A model generated the notes under the pieces. That model worked only from the letters and a program-made list of their open reading frames with translations, searched no databases and had not been told where the DNA came from. A stretch of DNA of 64,000 bases from Octopus sinensis (taxonomy: Eukaryota): assembly GCF_006345805.1 (NCBI RefSeq), contig NC_042997.1:213156001-213220000 (forward strand), in the 5' to 3' direction. Of this stretch, positions 47,943 to 61,690 are shown piece by piece. The position numbers were made by a program, and so were the translations under genes. Each line of letters starts with the position of its first letter. Positions within the stretch are counted from its first letter, which is position 1.

Positions 47943-50900
47943 GTAAGCAAATTGGTTTTGGAATTGACGACGAGGGTTTCGCTAAATTCTGCGGCAAATG
48001 TCGACGACGCATGACATGTCACAGTTGACATCAGGATTTTGTCTGGGTAAAAATTGAAATCCAAAGAGACTTCTTAAGGTTTTTGTCTAAGGAACTGCTC
48101 GAAACATTAGGTTCTTTATCTCGGCCCCTTTTCGGGATTTCTTTATTTTCTAACCAGCGAGGAAGGTGCTGCATGGTTGTTAGACTTACTCGAAATAGCA
48201 GTGAAATGTATCTTAAACCACACCCAACCGTCCTTTAAAGTAAGGGGAACATTCCCCTGTAGTGGGGGTGTGGAGATGAGATGGAAATATAATTTAAGGG
48301 CAGAATGTATGAGTGAGGAAAGATGAGATGGTCACGGATGGCAAGGCTTCACCTGTAGATTTTCTTTACTAATCCTGGCAAAGGCTAAACAACGCCAGCA
48401 TTTAATTTAGCTTTTTTTTTTCGTTAGCAAACTTTAATGATAATGTGACTAACGTGTAAATATTGACGTTAATTAAGGTATATATTGTGTTTTTATATAA
48501 AGAGGATCGATTGTTTCTTTTAGATTTCCTTCTTCAGAATTTCCATTGCTGCCACCTACACTTAATTTGAATTAGTATTCTGTACAATGATAACTGTCAA
48601 CTGTTTTGTGTGTGTGTGTATATATATATATACACACACACACACGTGCGCGCACGCACACACACACTTCAACAAATACCCATTAGTCCAAAAATATTAT
48701 ATATAGAGTCTTCGTTGTCACTTATCGTTAGAATACTCTAATGTAGTACCATTATATTCGTTTTATATGTAACACATAAAGCGAACGTGTGGTTCTCTAT
48801 TTCGTTGCTCGTCATAAATAAGGAAAGGACACACTAAGTGATTGAGCCCTATAAACTCCCGAAAGAAGGTGTTAAGGGTGCACCATCGAGATGTCCTGCA
48901 TTTGGCATCATCATCATTTAGCATCCGTTTTCCATGCTGGCATGGGTCGGATGGTTTGACAGGAGTTGCACCACACTCCATTGTCTTGTTTTTCGCATGG
49001 TTTCTACGGCTGGATGCCCTTCTTCACTGCAACCGAAGTCAGTCAGGAAAAATCGAAATCAAAAAGGAAGAATCTGTATTTATGAAGTTGGCAGAAAACT
49101 ACTTGAATGATCAATATGAAATCCAATGCACTCTAATGACTATGATATCTCAGAACTTCTGGACAGATTTAAATAAAACTAAATATAAGAAAATGTGGTT
49201 TCAAAGTAAAACAATTTAATGGATCACTCGATCAAAAGTTTGACACATTAATAGAAACTGTTTAAAAAATTGAAAGTTTGAATATAATTGTTTCTGAATC
49301 ATCATCATCGTCTAACTCCATTTTCCATGCTGGCATGGGTTGGACGGTTCGACTGGGGTCTAGAAAGCTAGGAGGCTGCACCAGTCCCCACTCTGATCTG
49401 GCAATGTTTCTACAGCTGGGTGCCCTTTCTAACGCCAACCACTCCAAGAGTGTAGTGGGTGCTTTTTAAGTGCTACTGGCACAGGGGCCAGAGGAGCTGG
49501 CATCAACCATGATTGGATGGTGCTTTTTATATGTCACCGGCACAGAAGCCAGTCAAAGTGGCACTGGCATTGGCCACGTTCGAGTGGTACTTTTTATGTG
49601 CAACCGGCACAGAGCTCACAACTACAACTTGCGTTTGATTTGATTTTGATATTGTTGATGTACTTGACTCCATAGGTCTCCTCAAGCACGAGATGTCGCC
49701 CTACGATCCAAGGTACTTTTGAGTGGGCTGGTTATGTGACACTGGTGTAGGTTACAGCTGTGGACTCAATTTATTTGCCAGGTTTTCTCAGTCACATCAA
49801 GTTCAGTTGTCTGTTTGGGCATGGTTTCTACAACTGGATGCCCTTCCGAACACCAACCACTTTACAGAGTGTACTGTGTGCCTTTTACATGGTACCATCA
49901 CCAGTGCTTTTTATGTGGTACCAACACTGACAGGGTCACCAAGTACTTTTCAAGACAAAATCCCACCTCAACCGGGAGGTGGGGGTGTGAATTTGTGCCA
50001 GTTTAGAGGTTCAAGAAATGGAAGGGATAGATATAGATGTCTCGCTGAAGAAGAGATACATGAATACTCCATTTGGAAAAGGAAAGAGTGTTAAAGAGTA
50101 AAATAAAGAGAGGTGATGGTGACGACGTGTCAGGACATTGGGGGTGATGAAAATAGATTAGGTGGTATATGGGTGAGTGAACAGGTTGAAGTAACTGTAG
50201 CAAATGATGGGGAGAAATATAGGAGAGACTCAGGGTTGCAGTAGATATGTGAAGGCATTGAGAGTGAGAAGCTGATGGCGGAGAGTAGCAGTGGGAGGAG
50301 AGAGAAGGTGCAGAAAAGGGGTGATTGTTGGAGGCAGTGGGTGGTGGGGAGAAGATGGCAAGTATGTAATATGAGCCTATTCCGTTCACAGGTGATAGAG
50401 GAAGTGATGGGTATTGGGGGATGAAATGAGGTTGGGGGGAGAAGGTTGATGGGGTAGACAGGATGGAGATAAACATTACCAGCATGGTTTTAAGATGTCA
50501 ACTCTGTCGTGGTTGACGAGTCCTCTTGAGTAGAGGGAATACAAGTTTGCAGAAGGGTGAAATAGGAGACAGGAGTAGCTTAGGGGGGAAAATATTACAG
50601 AAAGTAGTGAATGGTGTGTAATGTGTAGGAGTTGCGGAGGGGAGAGACAGAGGAATGGATAAGGAGTTGTTATAGGAGGTGGATTATGGTGGTAGAATTG
50701 GGAGGATATTGAGAAGCAGATAAAAGAAGGTGTTTAGAATGGAAGTATAGCAGAAGTCAAAAAAGGGGACAGTGGCTGAAAGCACAACAAGGTGATTGGT
50801 TGAAATGGTATTGGTAGAGTGGATGAGTTAAGGAAGTAGTCTGGGGAGGGGCACCTTTTGGAAGGATATGGTATGTAATATATGCAATATATTATAGGTG

Positions 50901-51067
50901 AGTACAGCAAATGCTAGATGTGACAGGGTGGAAGGACGGGTGGATGCAGATATTGCCACACATGAACAGGCATATCTAAATGGTTATAGGGTTTCCTTTT
51001 TACTGTAATGGGTGGGTCTTCTTGAGCATAGCAAGTCATGAATCTTCTCGGTCCTTATCCCTGGACT

Positions 51068-51906
51068 GGTGGTACGTAAAAAGCACTATCCGAATCGTGG
51101 CCGATGCCAGCGCCGCCTCGACTGGCTTCTGTGCTGGTGGCACGTAAAAAGCACCATCCGAATCGTGGCCGATGCCAGTGCCGCCTCGACTGGCTTCTGT
51201 GCCGGTGGCACGTAAAAAGCACCATCCGAATCGTGGCCGATGCCAGTGCCGCCTCGACTGGCTTCTGTGCTGGTGGTACGTAAAAAGCACTATCCGAATC
51301 GTGGCCGATGCCAGCGCCGCCTCGACTGGCTTCTGTGCTGGTGGCACGTAAAAAGCACCATCCGAATCGTGGCCGATGCCAGTGCCGCCTCGACTGGCTT
51401 CTGTGCTGGTGGCACGTAAAAAGCACCATCCGAATCGTGGCCGATGCCAGTGCCGCCTCGACTGGCTTCTGTGCTGGTGGTACGTAAAAAGCACTATCCG
51501 AATCGTGGCCGATGCCAGCGCCGCCTCGACTGGCTTCTGTGCCGGTGGCACGTAAAAAGCACCATCCGAATCGTGGCCGATGCCAGTGCAGCCTCGACTG
51601 GCTTCTGTGCCGGTGGCACGTAAAAAGCACCATCCGAATCGTGGTCGATGCCAGTGCCGGTGGCACGTAAAATGCACCAATCCGACCGTGGCCGTTGCCA
51701 GCCTCGCCTGGCACCTGTGCAGGTGGCACGTAAAAAGCACCCACTACACTCACAGAGTGGTTGGCGTTAGGAAGGGCATCCAGCTGTAGAAACATTGCCA
51801 GATAAGACTGGAGCCTGGTGCAGCCTCCTGGCTTCCCAGATCCCCTGGTCGAACCGTCCAACCCATGCTAGCATGGAAAACAGACGTTAAACGATGATGA
51901 TGATGA
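51068..51906 (+). mobile_element. RTE 3' UTR copy with an expanded 68-bp VNTR (8 full units + 1 partial)
   Basis: Units start at 51068 + 68n, followed by the standard RTE 3' core and (GAT)n tail. Confidence 0.92.
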
Positions 51907-52848
51907 TCAGGCTCCAATACTTCATCTCTTGTCTTCCGGGGGTTTCCATATGTTCCATCCACTTTCTTTATGCAACTGTTCTTTTTCCATACTCATCCCT
52001 CAACTAAACCAACACACTCCTCTCTCTCTCTCTCGCATATAACTTCAGATTCCTTTTATGTCTTATTTTTTTGCGTTCAATAAATCTGCACTTTGTCATA
52101 CACACACACACACACACACACACGTGTGTGTGTACCCTTGTCTCGACATTACTTGGTGGTTGTAAACAAGCATACTGCTTGCTTCCAGTCTTCTGTGAAA
52201 AGCATGTCTGGTCACGGGGCAATGTTACTTTGCCTAGAAGCAGGTGACAGTTGGTGAAAGGATGGGCATCCAACCATGGAAACCATGCTGAAACAGACAT
52301 TGAAGCTCAGTGCAGTCCTCTGACCTGCCACAACATTCAAGCCAGATGGAATACAGATGCTAAATGAGGATTATGTAAATATATATTAGGTCTCTGTAAC
52401 GTAATGCGATAAAGTGTTCCCATGATAATCTGCTGTGGTTAAATATCCAATTTAGGTGTTCAAATAACCACAATGGTGAATTGTATGCAGGAACAAATGG
52501 CTTGTGTTTTTCATAATTTATCATATATATATATATGTGGAGGCGCAATGGCCCAGTGGTTAGAGCAGCGGACTCGCGGTTATGATTCCCAGACCGAGCA
52601 TTGTGAGTGTTCATTGAGCAAAAACACCTAAAACTCCACGTGACTCTGGCAAGGGATGGTGGTGATCCCTGCTGTACTCTTTCGCCACAACTTTCTCTCA
52701 CTCTTTCTTCGGTTGGCCTGCTTGCTTAGCCAGCGGGGTGGTGTCATTTGAAAGCTAAAACACTGCGAAGTGCATTGTGACCAGCAATGTGTAACAACAT
52801 CTGATAGCCTGGTCGGTCACGGTGATAAATATATATATCTATCTATAT

Positions 52849-53154
52849 GTTAGTTAGTTAGTTAATTTGGCTCAAAAGCAAATAGCAAGGCTATGTAGGG
52901 GGACATGGAGTTAAGTACAGGGTGGTGTTCATGTAAAGAGTTTAGGCCACTTGAGGTCCAGGAAGGCTTTGAACAAAGCGGTCGTCGGCATCTTCACCAT
53001 CTCGTCTGGCAGCTTGTTCCACGGATCCGCAACCTGGACGGAGAAAGCTCCTCTCCTTCGATTGAGATGAAATCGTCGCAGGTAGAGCTTTTCGGAATGA
53101 CCCCGCAGCCGACGCTCTGGAGCAGGAGTGAAGAACAGCTCTTTCGAGAGGTTA
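52849..53154 (-). mobile_element. CR1-type LINE 3' end, near-identical to 13615-13927
   Basis: Same peptide and (CTAA)n tail. Confidence 0.85.
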
Positions 53155-53178
53155 TATATATATATATATATATAAATG

Positions 53179-53490
53179 TGAAGGTGCATGGCTCAGTGGT
53201 TAGAGCATTGAGCTTACGATTGTGAGGTTGTGAGTTCGAATTCCGGACTGGGCTGCATGTTGTGTTCTTGAGCAAGGCACTTTATTTCACATTGCTCCAG
53301 TTCACTCAACTGTAGAAATGAGTTGCGACATCACGGGTGCCAAGCTGTATCGGCCCCTTTGCCTTTCCCTTGGATAACACTGGTGGCGTGGAGAGGGGAA
53401 GCTGGTATGCATGGGCGACTGCTGGTCTTCCATAAACAACCCTGCCCGGACTTGTGCCTGGGTGGGTAACTTTGTAGGTGCACTCCATAA
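53179..53490 (+). mobile_element. tRNA/CORE-type SINE, third family
   Basis: TGGCTCAGTGG A box, GAGTTCGAATTCC B box, TGTGTTCTTGAGCAAGGCACTTT CORE-like segment, distinct tail. Confidence 0.8.
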
Positions 53491-53575
53491 AGTGGGTCTC
53501 AACATATATATAAATTAACAGAATGAGATAAAAATCCAAGGCTGTGAAAGATTTCAGAACATTTATAAAGAGAAG

Positions 53576-53623
53576 GTCTTACAGCTGTTTCGGGGATATT
53601 TTATATATCCCTTCATCAGAGAC
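53576..53623 (-). ncRNA. Minimal type I hammerhead ribozyme (Penelope-type)
   Basis: Minus strand GUCU-CUGAUGA-A-GGGAUAU(AUAAA)AUAUCCC-C-GAAA-CAGCUG-UA-AGAC: intact core, stem I GUCU/AGAC, 7-bp stem II, palindromic ACAGCUGU stem III, GUA site. Confidence 0.75.
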
Positions 53624-53861
53624 GGTGCGAGAAAATGGTTATTCTAGAGAATAACCTGCCCATTCCTTCTATCAATTTATCCTGACTGACCACTGGCCAG
53701 TACACTTTCCCGCTCTTCATTTCTTTATTATCTCTCTCCCCACTTTTCTTTTTTTTTTCTTTTTTTCCTCTCTTCCTGTTTTTGATTTGAACTTACAAAC
53801 ACATTCCAAACTTTTAATATTATTGGGATATATATATGTGTGTGTGTATATATCATCACCA

Positions 53862-54305
53862 TCATTGTTTAACGTCCATTGTATCCGAATTGTGGCCAAT
53901 GCCAGCGCCGCCTCGACTGGCTTCCGTATCAGTGGCACGTAAAAAGCACCATCCGAATCGTGGCCGAAGCCAGTGCCGCCTCGACTGGCTTCTGTGCCGG
54001 TGGCACATAAAAAGCACCATCCGAATCGTGGCCGAAGCCAGTGCCGCCTCGACTGGCTTCCGTGCAGGTGGCACGTAAAATGCACCAATCCGACCGTGGC
54101 CAATGCCAGCCTCGCCTGGCACCAGTGCAGGTGGCACGTAAAAAGCACCCACTACACTCACGGAGTGGTTGGCATAGGAAGGGCATCCAGCTGTAGAAAC
54201 ATTGCCAGATAAGACCGGAGCCTGGTGCAGCCTTCTGGCTTCCCAGATCCCCGGTCGAACCATCCAACCCGTGCTAGCATGGAGAACGGATGTTAAACGA
54301 TGATG
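53862..54305 (+). mobile_element. RTE 3' UTR copy with about 3 VNTR units
   Basis: Same 68-bp unit as the 51068 array, followed by core and tail. Confidence 0.88.
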
Positions 54306-54399
54306 TCCATGCCAGCATGGGTTGAACAGTTTGACCAGGGCTGGTAAGCTGAGGGGCAGCACCAGACTCTAGTTTGATTTGGTATGGTTTCTACAACTG

Positions 54400-56350
54400 G
54401 ATACCTTTTCTGACACCAACCACCCCAAGAATGTAATGGGTGTCAGTTTGCATGGCACCAATATCTGCCATGACCATGATTTCACTTGGCATGATGGGTC
54501 TCCTTCTCCAGCACATCATTTGTCATTGCCTCTGTGAAGCTCAGCATGCAGAAGGTGCTTTTTATGTGCCACCAGCATGGGTGCTAGTTACATGAGACCA
54601 GCATCAGCCACATAGCCTCCGTCAGGCCCAACACTTGAAAGGTGCTGTTTACATGCCACCAGCACAGGTGCCAATTCCATGGCACCAACAACAACAGCCA
54701 CAGCTATGATTTCATTTGGCTCAACAGGTTTTCTCAAGCACGGCATATTGGCAAGGTCTGTCACTTGTCATCGCCTCTGTGAGGCCCAACATTTGAAGAT
54801 CAGGCTTCACCACTTCATCCCATATCTTCTTGGGTCTACCTCTACCACAGTTAGAGATCAGCACTTCTTTACACAGCTGTCCTCATCCATATGCATAACA
54901 TGACCATACCAGTGCATTCATCTCTCTTGCACACCACATCCGATGCCTCTTATGCCCAACTTTTCTCTCAAGACGCTTACACTCAGTCTTACATGCACAC
55001 TGACATTACACATCCAGCGAAGCATACCAGTTTCATTTCTTTCAAGCCTACGCATGTCCTCACAGTCACAGCTCATGTTTCAATGCCATGAAGCACAGCT
55101 GTGCACATACAGGCATCATACAGTCTGCCTTTCACTCTGAGGAAGAGGCCCTTTGTTACCAACAGAGGTGGGAGATCTCTGAACTTTGTCCAACCTATTC
55201 TTATTCTAGCAGCTGATAACATCCATCCCTGCTACTGACTTGGTCGCCTAGGTAACGGAAGCTATCAACTACTTCTAGTTTTTACCCACTGGCATTTGAT
55301 GGAATCTATTTTCTGTACATTTATAGTGTTGATTGTACCTACCACACACAAAAAGCTATTTTCCCTGTTAACCTTCTTCCGATATTGCTGCACCTCTTAT
55401 GTGTCCATAGCTTACACCGAGTACATCTTATGAAATTTCTTCCTACTCCTTTCTACAGATCAAGCAGGGCCATCTACCTGAAGGGATTTGTGATTTTCTG
55501 TTTTCCTACTTACTAAGACTTCAATTTTTGCTAGGTTAGCTCGATTTTAGGCCCTTCAATTCTAGACTTTGCTTCCACACCTGAAACTTCTCTCTTTCTT
55601 GTTGTGATATATATCATCATCATCATTTAACATCTGTTTCCATGCTGGCATGGGTTGAATGTTTTGACTGGAAACTGGTAATCTGGGGGCTGCACCAGGT
55701 TCCAATCTGATTTGGCAAGATTTCTATGGCTGGATGCCCTTCCTAACACCAACCAATCCAAGAGTGGTTTTTTTATGTGCCACCAGCACAGGTGCCATTG
55801 ACATGACACTGGCATCAGCCACATGTACAATCTCACTTGGCTTGATAAATCTTCTCAAGCACAGCATATCCTCCAGCGTTTGAAGGAAGCTTTTTACATG
55901 CCACTTACGTGACACTGATTTTGGCCACAACTACAACCTCACTTGGCTTGACAGATCTTCTCAAGCACAGCATACCGCTAAATGTCTCGGTCACTTATCA
56001 TTACCTCAGTGAAGCCCAACATTCGAAGATTATGTTTCACCACCTCATCCCAGGTCTCCCTGGGTCAACCTCTCCCACAGGTTCCTCCACAGTTAGAGAT
56101 TGGTCCTCCTTCACACAGCTGTCCTCATCCATCTGCATCACATGACCATACCAGCACAGTCATCTCTCTTGCACACCACATCTGATACTTCTTATGCCCA
56201 ACTTATCTCTCAGGAGGCTTAAACTCTGTTGTGCATGCACACTGACATTACACATCCAGCAAAGCATACTAGCTTCATTTCTTACAAGCCTACACTTCCT
56301 GTGCTGGTGCCACATAAAAAGCACCTGTGCTGGTGTCACATAGAATTAAA
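54400..56350 (-). mobile_element. Cluster of RTE ORF and 3' UTR fragments
   Basis: Repeated homology to 38184-39960. Confidence 0.75.
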
Positions 56351-56869
56351 ACAAACCAGTGCTGGTGCCACATAGAAGGCACCCAGTACACTCTGTAAAG
56401 TGATTGCTATTAGGAAGGGTGCCCACTCATAGAAACTATGCCAAAATAGTCAACTGGAGCCTGGTAGTGCCCTCCAGCTTGCCAGTCTCTGACAAACTGT
56501 CCAACCCATAGCAGCATGGAAAATGGGCATTTGATGATGATGATGATGATGATACAGGCTTCATCCTGTTTCTTTCTACCAAATCCACTCACAAGACTTT
56601 GGTCAACCCTGGACTCTGTTAGAAGATGTTTGCCCAACGTGTCACACAGGGGGACTGAACCCAAACCCATGTAGTTAGGGAGCAGATTGCTTAACTACAC
56701 AGCCATGCCCACCCCTGACAAAGGAAGATTTATCCCCAGATGATTGTTTTGTTAAAAAGAATGCCAGTTGTAGAATATTTTCACAGCACAACTCTCTTCT
56801 ATTCATCAAGAACATTAATAACAAATGATGCAAGGTAAATATTGAAAGAGAAGCCTTCGTCATCACACC

Positions 56870-57563
56870 ATCATCATCATTTAGCGTCCGTTTTCCATGC
56901 TAGCATGGGTTGGACGGTACAACTGATCTGGCAGTGTTTCTACGGCTGGATGCCCTTCCTAAAACCAACCACTCCGTGAGTGTAGTGGGTGCTTTTTACG
57001 TGCCACCGGCACGGGGGCCAGGCGAGGCTGGCAACGGCCACGAACGGATGGTGCTATGTGCCACCGGCACGGGGGCCAGGCGAAGCTGGCAACGGCCACA
57101 AACGGACGGTGCTTTTTACGTGCCACCGGCACGGAGGCCAGTCGGGGCGGTGCTGGCAGAATTTACAGGCTGCTAGAATTTACTTTTAACAAAAATTGGG
57201 TTAGGGTTAGTATAAGATTTGCATATGATTTAAGACAGACTTTACAAATGTAACTGATATATAAAGGAATTTTACTGTATGATCGTTACCAACGTCGCCT
57301 TACTGGCACCTGTGCCAGTGGCATGTGTAAAAAGATTCAAGCGAGGTCATTGCCAGTACTGCCTGACTGGCCCCCGTGCCGGTGGTACGTAAAAAGCACC
57401 CACTACACTCTCGGAGTGGTTGGCATTAGGAAGGGCATCCAGCTGTAGAAACTCTGCCAAATCAAGATTGGAGCCTGGTGCAGCCATCTGGTTTGCCAGC
57501 CCTCAGTCAAAATCGTCCAACCCATGCTAGCATGGAAAGCGGACGTTAAACGATGATGATGAT
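56870..57563. mobile_element. Two RTE 3' UTR copies in opposite orientation (about 56870-57160 minus, 57285-57563 plus)
   Basis: (CAT)n-led copy and (GAT)n-tailed copy about 130 bp apart. Confidence 0.85.
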
Positions 57564-59269
57564 GCTGTATAAGTGGAATCTCTATTTAATGATGTTGGTT
57601 TGATTGAACATAATAGTGGCGGTGGCGGTAATGGTGATAATTTTAGTGGCAACGGTAATAGTTTTACCCATCTTGTAGAAACTGGTGTTGAAAACAGCCA
57701 GTGACTATAATTTAATTGATATCTTAATTATTTTTGATAGTAATTGAAACAGTTGTTTGGTTGTTGAAAGATTATTCAAGTAATTGAAAAACAGTTGAAG
57801 ATGGTATCTTGTGTATTGGAGAATTAATAATGGTTGTATCAACCTATTTTGAGAACATTGGCGATAAAAACTGTGCATACCATACTTATGTTCCACTGCA
57901 TGGCGCCTTGGGCAAGTGTCTTCTACTATAGCCTCAGGCCAACCAAAGCCTTGTGAGTGAATTTGGTAGACAGAAACTGAAAGAAGCCCATCGCATATAT
58001 GTATATATATATATTTGTGTGTCTGTGTTTGTCCCCCCAACATCACTTGACAACCAATGCTGGTGTGTTTACATCCCCGTAACTTAGTGGTTCAGCAAAA
58101 GAGACCAATAGAATAAGTACTAGGTTTACAAAGAATAAGTCCTGGGATCAATTTGCTCAACTAAAGGCGGTGCTCCAGCATGGCCACAGTCAAATGACTG
58201 AAACAAGTAAAAGAGAATATGTAGATTCTGGCCCAGTGGTGACAAGCAATTAGTCGACACTGAAAGAATGGTGGTTAGGATGCTGTGAAGATGTCGGTCT
58301 AATGTCTGCTAGAAGAAAACTAGAATCACCTCATGCAGTGAGATAAAAAGCAGAATGAAATCAATTAGGGTCCAATAGATGTAATGAACATTACTTCTCA
58401 GTATAAATCCTGCTTTCGTCTCTTACAGAGATTTTCTAACAGAATAGTTATAATTCCTCAATTATAGCTTTGTCCAAAACAACTGAATTTTTCTCCCCAC
58501 CCCCTCTTACATCTTGCCTACAGTCATCACTCTGCTATATTCTATTTCAGTGGTGGAGGCTCTTCTTGTGACTAACAAGGTGACCTCACTAGTGCTGGTG
58601 GCAAGAGAAAAAGCACCCAGTCCTCTTTGTAAAGGATAAGAAGGCAAGACATTGTCCACTGACCAGTATCGGATCCTGTCAAATTGTTTAATCCTTGCCT
58701 GCATGGAAAGTGGACACAAAATGATGGCAAATGTAGAATCAATCTTTCTCCATTGAAATTTTAGAAGCTACAATTGTGTATTTTCTTTTACTTCATTTGG
58801 AGTGAAAGTAATTACATTTGAAGAACGGGGACCTCATTGTTTCAGAGTTCCTTTTACTGTCCCCCCTGTACTGTCCCCCCTGAAAATCAAAAAGTCACAA
58901 TATGGCCAGTTGTATCTAAACAGACACCAATGGCCATTGTTCTTATGTTCAGCAGAGTTAGAAGAAGCACATGCAACCTCAGATGCTGGTCCTATTCAAA
59001 AAAGTAGAACTTTCAAATGAGGAATAAAATTACTGCTGCGTTTTTGGTGTAAATGGAATATCACCCTTAACAACAACTGTGGAATTTCCATGGGCTCAGC
59101 TTGGAATGATAATGCTGTGCCTGGTGTAGTCTTCTACCTGGCTAGTTCCTGTCAAACTGTCCAACCCATGCCAGCATTGAAGACAGGTGTTAAAGGATGA
59201 TGATGACGATGATATAATATGTATCAGTTTACATGGATCAAGTAGTTCATGGTCAGCAGCTCATTTGCA

Positions 59270-60395
59270 TATTATCATCATTGTTTAACGTCAGCTTTCC
59301 ATTTTAGCATGGGTTGGACAATTTGACTGAGGTCTGGCGAACCAGATGGCTGCACCAGGCTCCAATCTGATCAGGCAGAGTTTCTACTGCTGGATGCCCT
59401 TCCTAACACCAACGACTCCAAGAGAGTAGTGGGTGCTTTTATGTACCACCGGCACAAGGGCCAGTCAGGCAGTACTGGCAACAGCCACACTCAAATGGTA
59501 CTTTTTATGTGCCACCTGCACAGGAGCCAGTCCAGCGGCACTGGCAACGACCTCACTCGAATGTTTTTTCATGTGCCAGTAAGGCAACACAGGTAATGAT
59601 CACACTCGGATGGTGTTTTTTATGTGCCACTGGCATGGAGGCCAGCTTGTTGCTCTGGCAATTATCATGCTCAGATGGTACTTTTAGCGCTCCACTAGCA
59701 ACGGATGCCAGCCACTGAGTTTGATTTCGATTTCACTTACCTCAACAAGTCTTCGCAAGCAGAGTTTAGTGTCCAATGACGGGAAGGTATACTTAAGTGG
59801 ACTGGTTACACCCCTGGCATAGGCCACAAGGTTATGATCTCACTTGAGCTTGCCGAGTCTTCTCAAGCACAGCATATTTCCAAAGGTCTCGGTCACTAGT
59901 CATTGCCTCAGTGAGGCCCAAGTATAATGGTTTTACTCTTAGCTAAATCCTTCCTGCAGTAGTCTTAAGAAGATAGTGTCTCTAATTAATGGGACTCTAA
60001 TTAGTTTCATGATTTGTTTGATACTTCTGTCTAGGGTGTCTCCTTTACTCTTATAACAGCTGACTATAATGATGCTACCCCACTGGAGATAACACCTTCC
60101 TGAATAATCTGATTAACTATACAGGTGACTAGATCATATCCTACTCTGCCAGGTATTTTAAGCATCTCAGTAGTAATTCCTGATTTACCAGGGACTTTCT
60201 TAATTACTTTATCTGTCAACAATTATATTTATGTATCATCATCATCATCATCATCCGTTTTCCATGCTAGCATGGGTTGGACGGTTTAACTGGGGTCTGT
60301 GAAGCCGGAAGGCTTCATCAGGCCCAGTCAGATTTGGCAGTGTTTCTACGGCTGGATGCCCTTCCTAACGCCAACCACTCCACGAGTGTAGTGGG
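59270..60395 (-). mobile_element. RTE 3' end fragments
   Basis: (CAT)n-led 3' UTRs at about 59270-59720 and 60235-60395; ORF end DRDLWKYAVLEKT at about 59860-59920. Confidence 0.8.
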
Positions 60396-60727
60396 TGTTT
60401 TTTATATATATAAATTACAAAATACAAAGTTATATCTTGAGATCGCTAGTGACAACAACACTCAAAATATATAACAGACTGGTCGACGGGAGTGTCAGTT
60501 TCAAATATATGATATGTTTCATATTAATTAGCGTGTCTCCGAAACGTCCCGTAGATGAACATTTATGTATTTTTTTAAATTGTGTCTTTACCTTTTCTGT
60601 ATTTTCTCTGAAATTTTAATATGTCATTGTATGTTTTATTACCCCAAATTTTTAATTTAACAAATTTTTACCAAATGTTTTATGATTTTAAACGTAAATT
60701 CAATGTGTTATAATTGCAACACTGATT

Positions 60728-60856
60728 GTTATATATTTATATATTTTATATGATGTTTATATATTTATATATTTTATATGATGTTTATATATTTATATAT
60801 TTTATATGATGTTTATATATTTATATATTTTATATGATGTTTATATATTTATATAT
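60728..60856. repeat. 28-bp AT-rich tandem repeat, about 4.5 copies
   Basis: GTTTATATATTTATATATTTTATATGAT repeated. Confidence 0.85.
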
Positions 60857-61054
60857 TACTATATTTTTAAACGTCGAACTTAATATCTGTTCTGTAGATA
60901 TAAATGAATATATGTATGCGTTTGATCTTTCTGTGGATTTTGTAATGTTCCTTTAGTTGCTGCTCACATTGCCTCCCCTTGGATTAATAAGTGTATATAT
61001 ATATGTATGTGTGTGTGTGTGTGTATATGTGTGTGTTGTTCTTTCCAGTAATGA

Positions 61055-61156
<102 letters not shown>

Positions 61157-61346
61157 TGATTTCTTTACTCAATGCAGCTCTGACAAACATTCTGATTACT
61201 ATTTGGCTCACTAATTTAAGAAATCCTGCAACGGTCAAAGCCATGTTACCTCCTCCTCATCAGAGATCATTATCCCCCCCCACACACACACACACACTGA
61301 CTTATTGAGAAAAAGAGAGAAATAAACAAAGAATTTCAGTATAACA

Positions 61347-61690
61347 TACAGGAGTGGCTGTGTGGTAAGTAGCTTGCTAACCAGCAACATGGTCCCGGGT
61401 TCAGTCCCACTGCGTGGCATCTTGGGCAACTGTCTTCTGCTATAGCCCCGGGCCGAGCAATGCCTTGTGAGTGGATTTGGTAGACGGAAACTGAAAGAAG
61501 CCCGTCGTATATATGTATATATATATGTGTATGTGTGTGTATTTGTGTGTCTGTGTTTGTCCCCCTAGCATTGTTTGACAATCGATGCTGGTGTGTTTAC
61601 GTCCCCGTCACTTAGCGGTTCGGCAAAAGAGACTGATAGAATAAGTACTGGGCTTACAAAGTAAAAGAGAGAGAAAAGAGTAAAGAGATA
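61347..61690 (+). mobile_element. tRNA/CORE-type SINE in DCTN5 intron 2
   Basis: Highly similar to 44286-44695. Confidence 0.88.

Noticed and set aside
50003-51000. 160-aa Pro/Ser-rich minus ORF and a purine-rich tract
   Set aside because: Low-complexity, strand-biased sequence with no recognisable domain; probably decayed repeat.
51036-51861. 234- and 268-aa ORFs, and a CRISPR-like look of the array
   Set aside because: 68-bp tandem units without unique spacers; peptides are periodic translations of the RTE UTR; eukaryotic context, no cas genes.
60465-60560. GAAACGTC half of a hammerhead with complementary ACGGGA/TCCCGT
   Set aside because: No CUGANGA core in a usable position.
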